A stretch of DNA of 64,000 nucleotides, taken from NCBI GenBank assembly GCA_965261345.1, contig OZ253449.1, positions 1,344,001 to 1,408,000 of the forward strand. Direction: 5' to 3'. The notes under the pieces are model-generated. The model was given only the letters and a program-made list of their open reading frames with translations, was not told where the DNA came from and searched no databases. A program made the translations under genes and the position numbers. The number at the start of each line of letters is the position of its first letter. Positions within the stretch are counted from its first letter, which is position 1. Positions 49,947-61,448 of the stretch are shown here, piece by piece. Origin of the DNA: Chloroflexota bacterium. Its GTDB lineage: Bacteria > Chloroflexota > UBA11872 > VXNJ01.

Positions 49947-52308
49947 TTACAGTTTCGATTCTTCTAGCGGCGCAACCGTGAGATCAGCGATGGTGGTCAT
50001 TTGTGCCCCGAACCCTGCGCCTTCGACCAGCACCCGCACCAGGGTCGCATCCTCCGGAATCTGAAATGAGACCCAACCGCGAACACGTTGTCCGGTAGCC
50101 AGGCTGCCGTAGCCGAACTCGGGATTAATGTCAGCACCCCCGTCCTGGCTGTAAACGTATCCATCGGCGTCTTGGACGCTGAAGTCGAAGTAGCTGAAGC
50201 CCACGCCGTCCTCTACGCCGGTCTGAGTGACGTCAACGGCGACGAATCGGTTGCCCTCATCAACTCCGGCGTAACCGGGCGGCACCGGGTCGCGCACCTC
50301 ATGCACGATATAGGAGCTTCCCTCAAACCGGACAGTTGAGCCAATCGGGATTTGGTCGGTCGGCGTTGCCACGGGCGCGGCCTCGGTTGCGCCGACCGAT
50401 TCTTCTAGCGGCGCAACCGTGAGATCAGCGATGGTGGTCATTTGTGCCCCGAACCCTGCGCCTTCGACCAGCACCCGCACCAGGGTCGCATCCTCCGGAA
50501 TCTGAAATGAGACCCAACCGCGAACACGTTGTCCGGTAGCCAGGCTGCCGTAGCCGAACTCGGGATTAATGTCAGCACCCCCGTCCTGGCTGTAAACGTA
50601 TCCATCGGCGTCTTGGACGCTGAAGTCGAAGTAGCTGAAGCCCACGCCGTCCTCTACGCCGGTCTGAGTGACGTCAACGGCGACGAATCGGTTGCCCTCA
50701 TCAACTCCGGCGTAACCGGGCGGCACCGGGTCGCGCACCTCATGCACGATATAGGAGCTTCCCTCAAACCGGACAGTTGAGCCAATCGGGATTTGGTCGG
50801 TCGGCGTTGCCACGGGCGCGGCCTCGGTTGCGCCGACCGGCACCAGGGTCGCATCCTCGGCGAAATGAGACCCAACCGCGAACACGTTGTCCGGTAGCCA
50901 GGCTGCCGTAGCCGAACTCGGGATTAATGTCAGCACCCCCGTCCTGGCTGTAAACGTATCCATCGGCGTCTTGGACGCTGAAGTCGAAGTAGCTGAAGCC
51001 CACGCCGTCCTCTACGCCGGTCTGAGTGACGTCAACGGCGACGAATCGGTTGCCCTCATCAACTCCGGCGTAACCGGGCGGCACCGGGTCGCGCACCTCA
51101 TGCACGATATAGGAGCTTCCCTCAAACCGGACAGTTGAGCCAATCGGGATTTGGTCGGTCGGCGTTGCCACGGGCGCGGCCTCGGTTGCGCCGACCGGGG
51201 TTTCGGCGGGAGGAATTGTCGAGGCCTCGGATTCGATGGATTGATCGACTTGGAGCCAGGCCAGAACGACGCCCACTGGTACGGCTGCTTCGAGGCGTTC
51301 CGCTTCTGTATTGCTCCCTGAGTTGATGCCGATGATGTATCCGGAGCTGTTCATCAACGGCCCGCCGGAACTGCCCGGAGCTACATCTGCGCCGTGTTCA
51401 ATGTAGTAACCGTCTCGATAGCGTGCCAAATTTCTACTGGCGACGATTCCTTCCGTCACGACCGGATCGGAAACTACCCGGCTGCCCAGCCCGATTGCTC
51501 GGTTCCCGCCAGGATAACCGGCAGCAAGAACTACGTCCCCAACTTGCCATGAACCACCGAATCCAAGATCGATTGCCCCTGGTTGGACTGCCAGCCACGC
51601 CATCCCACCGAACATCTCGCCGTCCGAAAATCCATGCTCGATGATGGCCACGTCCGCGCTGTCAAATTCCGCCGAAACATTGCCGGTCACGCACCGTTGG
51701 ATGACCGGCCAGCAGATCCGAACCATTTCATGGTCGACGACGACATGCTTGTTGGTCACGATGACGAAATCAGGTATCGGCGCCTGAGGGTCGAATTCGC
51801 GGTTGAGAAAGAACCCGGATCCGGCGCCCGTGGGAGTTTCGATGTATACGGTCAAGGCGGCTACCAGCTTTTGCAAACCATCGTATTGGCTTAACGCACC
51901 TGAGTCAGGAAGCCCTGAGAATGGCGGCAGTTGCGGCGCCTCCGAATTTGCGCCGGTTTGGATTGCCGAAGCCGCATCGGGAAGTTGAGTGGCCAGCGGA
52001 GGCGAATTTGACCGGGAGTCTGAATCAGACTGACCCAACGATTCTGCGGATGATTGTTCCGCTTCTGTCCTAGTGCTCGCAGTCGACCCTGATGGAGCCT
52101 GATTTGGGGACGCAACGTTGGGCGAACTGTCTGCTGCACCAATTAGGCGCACCGCCAGCACAATCATCAAAATGCCTGCGTACGGCAACCAAGAATTTCT
52201 GTGAGTTCGTCCGAAGATGAACGGAATGGTCGCAAGCCACCCGGCGCTGGCGACAACTAGCGAAATGCGAAGCGCTTTGGGCCACCGCTTTGGATCCAAC
52301 ATGCTCAC
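49947..52308 (-). pseudogene. Membrane-anchored trypsin-like serine protease with three DUF4352-like Ig domains, frameshift near 50860
   Basis: Two N-terminal TM segments; GSGFF, VTNKHVV, DVAII, PGSSGGPL. Three repeats IPIGSTV...RFVAVDVTQ...GWVSF. Confidence 0.82.
49956..51197. repeat. Tandem coding repeat: two 441-bp units plus one unit about 83 bp shorter
   Basis: Identical antisense ORFs at 50088, 50529 and 50887 give spacings of 441 and 358 bp. The units look identical by eye outside the deleted part. Confidence 0.95.
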
Positions 52309-52659
52309 GCTTCCACCCTGGTGGAGGCTGATTCAAATCGGGGCTCGCCGAATTGTGATGGTGAAATTTGGGCCGGTACGAACGATCTCGCCACAATGCC
52401 GGACCACAATGATTTGGCGCGATGATTACCCAATTCCAAAGGCCGTTTGCGGAATGAGAGGAATAGTTTGCGATTCGACTCGCAACGCGCCCCCCTTCAG
52501 GCTCCGGGGCAACCGGAACGGTTATTTGTAGAGGGAACTAATCGCATACATATACACCATGGTGGTTGAGCGCGATTCCGTTCCGAAAAGAGACTTCGCG
52601 GGTTAGATCGGGCAAAAATGCGCAGATGCAAAGTCTCGACTAAAGATCAAGGCGCTTAC

Positions 52660-53690
52660 ATCTAACCGCCCCAACATCCTCTGGATCTGCACCGACCAAC
52701 AGCGCTGGGACGCCATGGAGGTCTACGGCAACGAGTGGGTCAATACACCCAACAGCTACCGCCTGACCTACCGCAGGATGACCTTCGATTGGCGCTACTC
52801 GCATGGTTCGGTCTGCACGCCGAGCCGTTCAAGCTTTCTAATCGGACGCTTTCCCTTGACTTGCCGGGGACGCCAGAACGGGGCCAACATACCCGCCGAT
52901 GAGGTCCTGATTACCAAGATATTGTCCGCTGGAGACTATTGTTGCGGCCTTTCCGGAAAACTCCACATTTCGGCCTGCAATGAGACCGCTGCACCCTTCG
53001 GCGAGCGCCGTAGTGATGACGGCTATGCGGTCTTTGACTGGTCGCACCACCCGGAGCGCAACTGGCCCAACGATCAGTGCGTTAACTGGCTCGGGGAAAA
53101 CGGCCGCAGCTTCGCGACCGAGCCATTCGGGGCAGCCCATACGTCCAGGCCGGCATGGACGCCGAATGGCACCAGACCAACCGGAGCGTTAACAAAGCCA
53201 TGGGCTTTATCAACTCGGGGACCGAATTCGATGATCCGTGGCTTTATTCGGTCAACATCTTCGACCCCACCAAAGCTTCGATACACCGCGCTACTATCTG
53301 GCGCTTCCCGTTGACCGGCTCGATGATCTGCCGCTGCCCAATTACGTCCATGGGAAGCTGGATAACAAATACGAATTCCAGCGAATCGACCACTGCGGAG
53401 CCTACGCCAGCCGCAAGGCGCACTTGTATCCGGAGATGTCGGATTACGTCACCGGTTGATCATGGTTGCCTACTAAGCCACGTGCGACCTCATTGACTTC
53501 CAGGTCGGTCGGCTCCTGGATCCTCTTGCGGCGTCCTGGCACGCCGAGAGCACAATCGTGATCTTCATGTCCGATCACGGCGAGATGCTCGGCGACCACG
53601 GCATCTTCTGGAAGGGCCCCAATCGTGTATGAATGTGCTCCGCGGGTGCCATTCATTACGTCGTGGCTTGCGCACGTTCCTGTAAGGTGC
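52660..53690 (+). pseudogene. Sulfatase, heavily decayed
   Basis: RPNILWICTDQQRWD, CTPSRSS, GKLH and FMSDHGEMLGDHG are spread over several frames with stops. 3'-truncated. Confidence 0.88.
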
Positions 53691-53775
53691 AGGTTTCGAT
53701 GCCCATATCGAACTGTCGGATCGCAGATGACCCCACTAAACTTTTCGGCAAAACCCTGAACTGGAACGGGCGGGC

Positions 53776-54522
53776 ATGAGCGCAACGAGCGATGGGGCCG
53801 CAGTCAGCGTTCAGGGCCTCACATTTGGTTACGGTGCCTTAAACGTCCTCAAGCGGATTTCGCTGGAGGTGCCAGCCGGAGAGATCTTTGGGATTCTGGG
53901 CGCCAATGGGTCCGGCAAGACCACCCTAATAAGGTTGCTGGTCGGACTTTTAAAACCTGAGTCGGGCGGTGTATCGGTGCTGGGCAGGGACCCGTTTTCG
54001 AACCGCTCAACCAGCGTGGGTTACATGCCGCAGCTCAACGCGCTCTACGAGGAGCTCTCGGTTGATGAGAATCTCAACTTCTTTGCGCGTATGTATGGCA
54101 TGTCCAACAAGTCGGCTCGCCGGGACGCCGTCGAATCCGCCCTCCGATTGGTGGGTCTCCACGGCCGGCGCAGCGATACGATTCTTCACCTTAGCGGTGG
54201 CATGCGCCAGCGAGTAAGCCTGGCGATTGCCCTGGTTCATTCGCCCCGGCTGCTGTTGCTGGACGAACCGACGGTGGGGTTGGATCCCGAATTGAGATCG
54301 GGGTTCTGGGAGCACTTCAGAACAATGGCGCGCGACGGGACATCGCTAATCCTTTCCAGCCATACGATGGACGACGCAGCTCACTGTGACCGGCTGGCCT
54401 TCCTTCGCGGCGGACGATTCGTGGGCGAGGGCTCGCCCGGTGAGCTGCGCGCGGCCACCGGAAGGTCGGACGCCACCCTGGAGGATGCGTTCCTTCATTT
54501 CGTAACCGGCGGCGACCGATGA
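53776..54522 (+). CDS. ABC-2 type exporter ATP-binding subunit
   Basis: GANGSGKT, LSGGMRQR, LLLDEPT, SSH. Confidence 0.95.
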   Translation: MSATSDGAAVSVQGLTFGYGALNVLKRISLEVPAGEIFGILGANGSGKTTLIRLLVGLLKPESGGVSVLGRDPFSNRSTSVGYMPQLNALYEELSVDENLNFFARMYGMSNKSARRDAVESALRLVGLHGRRSDTILHLSGGMRQRVSLAIALVHSPRLLLLDEPTVGLDPELRSGFWEHFRTMARDGTSLILSSHTMDDAAHCDRLAFLRGGRFVGEGSPGELRAATGRSDATLEDAFLHFVTGGDR

Positions 54523-55247
54523 TGTCGGCGGACAGAACCCTGGCCATCGCAGTTCGGATACTGCGCCAGGTCAGAAGAGACCGCCGCTCCCTGGCGCTGA
54601 TCATCGTGGCGCCCATAGTGGTAATGGCGCTGGTGGGATTTAGTTTCGGCGACCAGCAGCAGGTATTGGATAGGATCGCCCCCGGTCTTATTGCCGTATT
54701 CGTGCTGTTCTTTACTTTCGTACTCACCGGTGTGAGCTTTCTTCGAGAGCGGGCGCAAGGGACGCTGGAACGGCTGCTGATCACGCCGGTAGGGCGCGCC
54801 GACATCCTGATCGGTTACACGGCTGGCTTCTTCGTCCTGGCGATGATCCAATCGGTGATCGTGGTGATGTTCACGTTGCTGGTCCTAAAGATCAACCACC
54901 AGGGAAACATCTGGGAGATCTGGGCGATACTGGTGCCGCTGATCGTGGTTGGAGTGAGTCTTGGAGTATTCATATCGACCCTTGCAAGGAATGAATTCCA
55001 GGTCGTCCAGTTCATTCCGCTCCTCTTGGCGCCGCAGATTTTCCTGTCGGGCGTGATCGCCGAGGTCGACAAGATGCCGGCCGTACTGGAGTACATTGCC
55101 TACGCTCTGCCACTAACCTACGCCGTCGATGGGCTAAAGGATGTCATGCTGGGGGGCGATTCGCTGGGCAGCTTGGGCCTCGAGCTGGGCGTCCTCGGGA
55201 TCTATGCGGTCGCGTTACTGGTTGCGGCGGCGCTGACCTTACGCTGA
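54519..55247 (+). CDS. ABC-2 type exporter permease
   Basis: Multi-TM protein; RERAQGTLERLLITP, LPLTYAVD. Overlaps the ATPase stop. Confidence 0.93.
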   Translation: MMSADRTLAIAVRILRQVRRDRRSLALIIVAPIVVMALVGFSFGDQQQVLDRIAPGLIAVFVLFFTFVLTGVSFLRERAQGTLERLLITPVGRADILIGYTAGFFVLAMIQSVIVVMFTLLVLKINHQGNIWEIWAILVPLIVVGVSLGVFISTLARNEFQVVQFIPLLLAPQIFLSGVIAEVDKMPAVLEYIAYALPLTYAVDGLKDVMLGGDSLGSLGLELGVLGIYAVALLVAAALTLR

Positions 55248-55806
55248 ACATAAGGGACCGGCGGGATTCGCGTCGGTCAGCGGCGGGAAAAAGATTCGGC
55301 AAAGATTTAAAGTACCAACCGCCCCTAAGTCCTGCGGCGGCCGCCGATTGCGGGCCAGGCATGGCGGCGTGTTAGCGCCTGGGTCCGTCGCGCCTTAGAA
55401 CAAGTGGAGACAGCCTGATCATTGGCTGGCAGCGGACGGCGGTTTGGTTTGGGGTGGGTGATTTTGCCCTGCCGATCGGTCTACCTGAGCCTTTAAAACC
55501 GGGGTGGCGTATCGCCGAATCGGTCGCGAATTTTGCCCGCCTGATGACACGATTACGATCGTGCCGCCGATTCTTCGCGGGAGATTTTGTCACCCTCCAC
55601 GCGCGATTCGCGGAGGCGCTCCGGAGCGTCCGCTTCCCGGCAATTTTCACCAGAGCGGTCGTTGTTTTGAGCTGCTTGGGAACGAGATCGGCTGCCAGCG
55701 CCCGCCCGCCGCAGATTTTAAAAAATTTTGATCCTACCGAGGCTAGAATCTCGTGCGTTGACCTGATCGGGCGTTGAACTGGTCGGGGGTGGACGCGAAT
55801 TTGATG

Positions 55807-56773
55807 ATGATGGCAGAGGATCCCGGAAACGGCAGCAACTACGAGCGGGCTTACGCGGGCATCAATCCGGCGACGACTGGGCCTTTCCTTCCGCGGTGGG
55901 GCCTCGTCCTATTTGTTCGTGCTGCCTTCGATCATCTTTATCTGCACATTCATCATCATCCCCATCATCGCTGCCTTCTACTACAGCCTTACCGATTACG
56001 ACATGCTCACCGAGCCGCAATGGACCGGTGTGCAGAATTACACGACGGCCGGCAACGACCCCCGGTTCCTACCCTCGATCCGCAACACCTTAATATTCGC
56101 GATGGGAACGGTGCCGGCGGGGGTGGTTACCTCGCTGCTGCTGGCGCTCCTGGTCAACCGCGCGATCCGCGGGATCTATTTCTTCCGGGCAATGTTCTAC
56201 ATGCCGGTAGTTTCCTCGTTCGTATCCGTTTCCCTGATCTTTCTTTGGATATACGAACCGCAGGTCGGACTGGCTAACGAACTGTTGCTCACCTTAGGCC
56301 TGCCGGTGTCGAAATGGCTGCGCGGCGCCGACACTGCCATGTTCGCGATTATTTTGATGAGCATCTGGAAGAACATGGGCCTGAACATGGTCATCTATCT
56401 GGCCGGTTTGCAGGGAATTCCCCCGCACCTCTACGAAGCCGCCGATATCGACGGGGCGGGGCGGTTGCCGAAGATGGCCAAGATCACCCTCCCGATGCTG
56501 GCCCCCACAACCTACTTTGTAGTCATCGTTTATTTCATTGGAGCATTGCAGATGTTCGTGCAAGTCTTCATCATGGCCTGTGTAACGAGGTTCTAGATGG
56601 TATGCGGCGGACCCTTAGATTCGACGGTAACCATCGTCATGCTTATTTACTTGGAAGCGTTCGCGAATTTGCGCATGGGCTCGGCCGCTGCGTTCTCGTT
56701 CCTCTTGTTCGCTGTAATCGGGCTGGTGACGATCGTCAATGCCCGCCTTTTGCGCTACGAGGTCGGGTACTGA
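55807..56773 (+). pseudogene. Carbohydrate ABC transporter permease with a frameshift near 55900 and an in-frame TAG at 56594
   Basis: EAA loop LYEAADIDGA. The frame continues past TAG as GGPLDSTVTIVMLIYLEAF...MGSAAAFSFLLF. No partner subunits nearby. Confidence 0.85.
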
Positions 56774-57181
56774 CCCGCTAACGCGGACCCCGCCAGGGGG
56801 CCGGCCACCTATACAAGCGAACCGGGACCGAAAGCTGTTTGGCCGGGCCAGTCAGCCTGGAGCCCAGATTGCCGTTGGTACCGGCGCCCACCCGAGCGTG
56901 AATCGGTCGGTTTGGCTTAAGCGACCCACTTTTGGGCGGCTTCACGCATCCAGATTGCCACCACCTGGCACGTCCGCGGCATCGCCTTGCTCGGCGCGGC
57001 CACTTAAGCGTTAAACCGCGAGCGGGGCGACAAATGCCTTTGGTTGCCCGAGCTTGGACCCTGAATGGGTCGATCCTCAATGTGATTGCCCGGTCTGCGG
57101 CAACTTGGGTGTCAGCCCAGCTACCCACCTGGTTTTCTTATCTGCTACCAACAGCTGCCGATGTATCGCGGACGCCCTAGT

Positions 57182-58492
57182 TCAAATCAGACCAAGCACA
57201 TCCTCAGCGACCGCGATAGTCAATTCAATGTCCTCTTCGGTGTGACTAGAGGCCACATGCCAGCGTCCATTGGAGGACAGGCGGATGCCGCGATCGAGCA
57301 TGGCCGTGCGGAATCGCTGGTACTTGACATCGTTACAGTAGCGAACGTGTTCACGATAGCTGCAAATTTCGGCGCGGGTCGTAAATGACGTTGCAAAGAC
57401 CGAGCCGAGACCGTGCACCCTAAGATCGGCGCCGGACTTCCTGGCGGCGTTGGTTAGGCCTTCGATCAATCGCTCACCGCGATCGTTTAGATCTTGATAG
57501 AACCGCGTGCTGTCGGCCATGATGTGGCTCAGGCAAGCGTGGGCAGCTTCGATCGACACCACGTTCGAATTGAAGCTGCCGCCGTGGTTTACGGTCCCAT
57601 TCCCCAGCGCCGCCATTACGTTGGGGCGTCCGAGCAGCATCGCGATCGGGAATCCGCCGGCGAGGGATTTCGCGTAGGTTGCCAGGTCCGGAACCACCCC
57701 GGTTAGCTCCTGGGCGCCACCGAGGGCTACGCGGAAACCGGTGATCACCTCATCGAATATCAGGAGTGCTCCGCTTTCGGCGCAGAGGTTCTTTACCGCC
57801 TCGAGATAGCCTTCCCGGGGCCAGATGAAGTTCGTGTTTATCAGGATTGGCTCCATGATGATGCCCGCGATTTGGCCGCGATGCCGCCTGAAAGCGAGCG
57901 CGAGCGCGTCGATGTCGTTCCATTGGCAGATGACGATGTTCTCGCTGCCGGCCGGGTCCATGCCGGCGGACTCACCGAACGGCACCGGCGCCGATTCCGG
58001 CCCTGCCCGATCCAACGGCGGGTGAAAGCTGTAACTTACCGAATCGGTCCAGCCGTGGTAGTGCCCTTCGAACTTGACGAACTTTGGACGTCCCGTGTAG
58101 CCGCGCGCCAGGCGGATTACTAGCTGGTCGATTTCAGTCCCTGAACTGGCGAAGCGCACACTTCCCTTAAGCGGGACCGCTTGCCGCACCATTTGCGCGA
58201 CTTCGAGCTCGCGCTCGAACTGACCGGTGTAGACGAGGCCATTGCGCATCGCCCGCGCCACCGCTTCGTTTAGGAATTCGGGGGCGTGGCCGAATAGGTT
58301 CGGTCCCATTCCCTGTACGTAATCGACGTATTCATTACCATCTACGTCCCACATGCGGCCGTCCTTTGCCCTGGTAAAGAACAGCGGCACCGGCAGCTCG
58401 CTTCGCCGCAGCTGGCTGGAGATGCCGCCCGCGACGAACTCCTGGGCACTTTCGAACAACTGCCGGGAGCGGGTGTATCGATCTTTCGTCAT
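57182..58492 (-). CDS. Class III aminotransferase (glutamate-1-semialdehyde aminomutase-like)
   Basis: DVDGNEYVD, SGTE, FEGHYHG, LIFDEVITGFR, YAKSLAGG, GGSFN. Confidence 0.92.
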   Translation of the reverse strand: MTKDRYTRSRQLFESAQEFVAGGISSQLRRSELPVPLFFTRAKDGRMWDVDGNEYVDYVQGMGPNLFGHAPEFLNEAVARAMRNGLVYTGQFERELEVAQMVRQAVPLKGSVRFASSGTEIDQLVIRLARGYTGRPKFVKFEGHYHGWTDSVSYSFHPPLDRAGPESAPVPFGESAGMDPAGSENIVICQWNDIDALALAFRRHRGQIAGIIMEPILINTNFIWPREGYLEAVKNLCAESGALLIFDEVITGFRVALGGAQELTGVVPDLATYAKSLAGGFPIAMLLGRPNVMAALGNGTVNHGGSFNSNVVSIEAAHACLSHIMADSTRFYQDLNDRGERLIEGLTNAARKSGADLRVHGLGSVFATSFTTRAEICSYREHVRYCNDVKYQRFRTAMLDRGIRLSSNGRWHVASSHTEEDIELTIAVAEDVLGLI

Positions 58493-58739
58493 GGTGGTTG
58501 CTGCTCCCTTGGCCCCACCGAGGATTCCCCCGGATAGTATCCGGGCGGGTCCGGCGAAACGGCAGTTGAGCGCCAGCGGCCCGAATCGGGAAGATCATGC
58601 GGTAATTTACGGTTTGGCGGGGCGCCCTTCCGCACGGCCTTGCAACCGCCGATGGAAATTAACCGGCCCCAATCCGCAACGCGGCTTTGGCAGTTGCCGT
58701 TGGTGCTGGTTGTTTTGACATTTGCGGGCATGGGCGCCC

Positions 58740-59290
58740 CGCCGGTTTGGCGAATTTGCGTGCCGCCGCTGCCAATCCGAGTGCATGCCCTACTTTGGCC
58801 CCCATCCCGTAGTGCCGGCAGAGAGGGCCGCCGGGCCGGCCTCGAAATTCGAACCCGCGCCGCAGATTGAATTGACCCAGATCACGGTGCCCGCAGCGCC
58901 CCCGGCCAGGTGTTCGCCCGGGTGCGGCTGATCTAACAGCTGGTAGTTGAAACAGGTCAGGGGCATGTGTGGGCCCATCTCTTCCAGGGCTGCATTGATG
59001 CCCCGGGTGCGCTCGTGCCAGACCTCGCGCTGTCCGAGCACCCCGGGGCGATCGGGATCGGCGGGGGCGGCATTAATCGTCGTTGGGATTATGAACCTCC
59101 CCCGCCGCCGGCGGTTGAGCGGAGGTAACCGACCCCGAACTCGCGGAATGATTGAGCATCGGCGGCCAGGTGAGCTGGACGAACCGGGACAAACTCCTCG
59201 GCGCCGAGGAAAGCGCCGACCTTGATCTGCATCGCCAGCGCCAACTGCGCGGCTTCGCCGCCGGCGGCGGCCTGCACCGCCCGTTCGATC
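58740..59290 (-). pseudogene. Aconitase X catalytic domain (DUF521-like) remnant
   Basis: LALAMQIKVGAFLGAEEFVPVRPAHL and, in another frame, LTCFNYQL...GEHLAGG...VIWVNSICGAGSNFEAGPAALSAGTTG. This resembles the AcnX TC.PY...GEH.AW...NSV.GARTN.E pattern. Confidence 0.65.
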
Positions 59291-59539
59291 GGAATGGAGC
59301 CGTATCGAGGTCACGGTTCGGTTGTCTTGTTAAGTCCTGTCCGGGCGTCAATCGTTCGGGCCAATAGATAGTGCCAGCCCCGCCGCGGCCGGAAGTGCCC
59401 CGAAGCGTCGGTGAAATTACGAGGTTGCCGAGCGCTGCCAACAGCCCTCCGACGTTCGCAGACCGCCGCTGGGTACCGGCTTGCCGGAGGGTCTTATCCG
59501 GTGCCGCTGGCCGGTCCACCCACCATGGGAACGAGGTGC

Positions 59540-59835
59540 AGTGGTAATTGACCCGACGGCGGGGTGGCGGCGCGACTGGTTCGGGCGCCGCAATCTGCTG
59601 GCCGCCGCAGAATTGATCGGAGCGGCGCTGCTGTTCTGGCGGGCTCAATTTTTGTCCGTTCTGCTGATCGCCTCCACCCCGCAGTCTTTCCCACGAGCGT
59701 CCCACATGACATTGATCACGGCAATATCTCGGGCGAGCTCGACCCGCCCAAAGAGACTCCCGTGGTCTCAATGTCGGACACAGGTATGTTCTCCTTCGGC
59801 ATGCTCATCGGGGCTTTGATGGGAGGGTTGCCGTG
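59540..59835 (+). pseudogene. Decayed MFS transporter C-terminal fragment, paralog of 60100-61299
   Basis: DWFGRRNLL...IGAALLFW...TLITAI / SGEL...FSFGMLIGALMGG parallels DRFGRRNLL...GAALLFW...TLITAICGDL...FSVGMVCGALGGG. Confidence 0.72.
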
Positions 59836-60099
59836 GCGGCGGGCCACTGCATCGCGTTCCAGTTTTCCGAATTACTTTTCGCAACTGGCGTCAGCAGCGC
59901 CTTTGTGTTTCCCCGACGAACGCTGCCGGTTTGACCTGCCGATGCCCAGTGCCGGCTCATGCGAATGGGCCCGAAATCGCGGTTCGCGGCCACCGCGGGG
60001 ACGCTCCGATTCGGTTGACGCTCCCGCTCCGGCCTGATTGGTCGGCGCCAAGTTTCCCGGGATGTCTAGTAATTCCTTTTCAGTCGCTCGGGTAGCGGC

Positions 60100-61299
60100 G
60101 TGGTAACGCGCGAGGGCGGGATGCCGGCGTCGGGAAGCCGCTTGGCCGGCCGGCCGTTCATCACCCTGCACGTGTGTTTTGCGCTCTCGGCGGGCGGTTG
60201 GTTGCCGGTGTTCACCCTGCTGGCACTGTTGATGCGCGACAACCTTGGAGCGGGCGTGATTGGGGCAGTGACCACCGTGCTGATCATTCAGGTCATCGCC
60301 ACCGGAATGAGCCTTTATGCAGGGACGTTTGCGGGCCGCTGGGGAAGCCGCCGGACTTATCTGGTGGGAACCGTCGGAATGGCCATCTTCGCGGGCCTGC
60401 TCGGTATTGCCAACGAGGGCTGGCAGGTAATCGCCCTGGCGCCGCTGGCGGGATTGGTGGTGCCGTTTCACTGGACCGGCACAACCGCCTACCTTCTTCA
60501 GGCGGTCAGCGCCCCGCGGCGCGGGTTCGCCATGGGAATCAATGCGCTGGTGATGGTCGCAGCGCCCGGCCTGGTCGGTCCGCTGCTAACGACCTTGGGT
60601 TCTGAATTCGGGCTCGGCGCGACGATCTTGGGCGGCAGCGCCTTTCTGGTGGCGTCCGGTCTGGCGATCTGGCTGCTGCTGCCGGAATTGCCAGCGCCTC
60701 CGGTAACTGGCCGACGTCCGTCGTTTGCCGATTACCCGCGCCTGCTTTCGAATCGAGCCAACCTTATTGCCGCGGCGGCGAGACTGACGATGGGCCTTTC
60801 ATTTGGTGTTTTTCAGCTGCTCTCGGCGCTGGTGATCGTGGACTTGACCGACAGTCTGGCGGCGGTTGGTTTCTACCTGTCGGCGGGGGCCATCGGCGGC
60901 GGCCTGTCACAGATGCTGGTTGGAGCTGCTTCTGATCGCTTCGGGCGGCGCAACTTGCTCATCCTGGCCAAGCTGGTGGGGATCGGCGCCGCATTGTTGT
61001 TTTGGCAAACACCGAGTCTGCTGCTCTTACTGGTGGGAGCCACGATGCACTGGTTCGCGCAGAGCGCCTACCAGACGCTGATCACGGCCATCTGCGGCGA
61101 CTTGGTCGCGACTCGTGACCTGCCGACGTTGTCCGGCCTCCACACAAGCTCCTTTTCGGTCGGGATGGTGTGCGGAGCACTCGGCGGCGGACTGCTCTGG
61201 CAGTTTGGTCCCGGTTTGCCGTTCCTGATGGCGGCATTCTGCCTGGCACCGGCGGCAGGCGCCCTGCTGCTGCTGCCACAGCGAACTCTGCGGATCTGA
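60100..61299 (+). CDS. MFS transporter
   Basis: About 12 TM segments; motif-A-like GTFAGRWGSRR and GAASDRFGRR. Confidence 0.9.
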   Translation: MVTREGGMPASGSRLAGRPFITLHVCFALSAGGWLPVFTLLALLMRDNLGAGVIGAVTTVLIIQVIATGMSLYAGTFAGRWGSRRTYLVGTVGMAIFAGLLGIANEGWQVIALAPLAGLVVPFHWTGTTAYLLQAVSAPRRGFAMGINALVMVAAPGLVGPLLTTLGSEFGLGATILGGSAFLVASGLAIWLLLPELPAPPVTGRRPSFADYPRLLSNRANLIAAAARLTMGLSFGVFQLLSALVIVDLTDSLAAVGFYLSAGAIGGGLSQMLVGAASDRFGRRNLLILAKLVGIGAALLFWQTPSLLLLLVGATMHWFAQSAYQTLITAICGDLVATRDLPTLSGLHTSSFSVGMVCGALGGGLLWQFGPGLPFLMAAFCLAPAAGALLLLPQRTLRI

Positions 61300-61448
61300 G
61301 CGGCAGTGGCCGGTATATATTTGCGGCGCTTGGCGCTTCCATTTCCCCCGTGCCGGCGGGTCCCGTCGCCGGTCGGTTCACCTAACGGTTATCTACCGGC
61401 TCTTCGCCGCCGCTACGCGCCCGCCCGTTATAGATCGGATTTGGCAAC

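Noticed and set aside
49956-51197. Repeat array as a CRISPR or DGR template/variable pair
   Set aside because: The units are 441-bp coding repeats with no spacers and no adenine-specific differences seen. No cas or reverse transcriptase gene is in the window.
55541-55563. CTGATGA followed by the hairpin CACGAT-TACG-ATCGTG, resembling a hammerhead ribozyme core
   Set aside because: The required GAAA after stem II is absent, so it is only a hairpin.
4787-56596. Stop-codon reassignment or amber readthrough suggested by several in-frame TAG/TAA codons
   Set aside because: Intact genes end normally in TAG, TAA and TGA, and most affected genes carry other lesions. Decay explains it better.
57182-58492. 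Assigning hemL here, or glnA to 15390-16790
   Set aside because: Family membership is clear, but context and divergence suggest catabolic paralogs, so no gene symbol is given.
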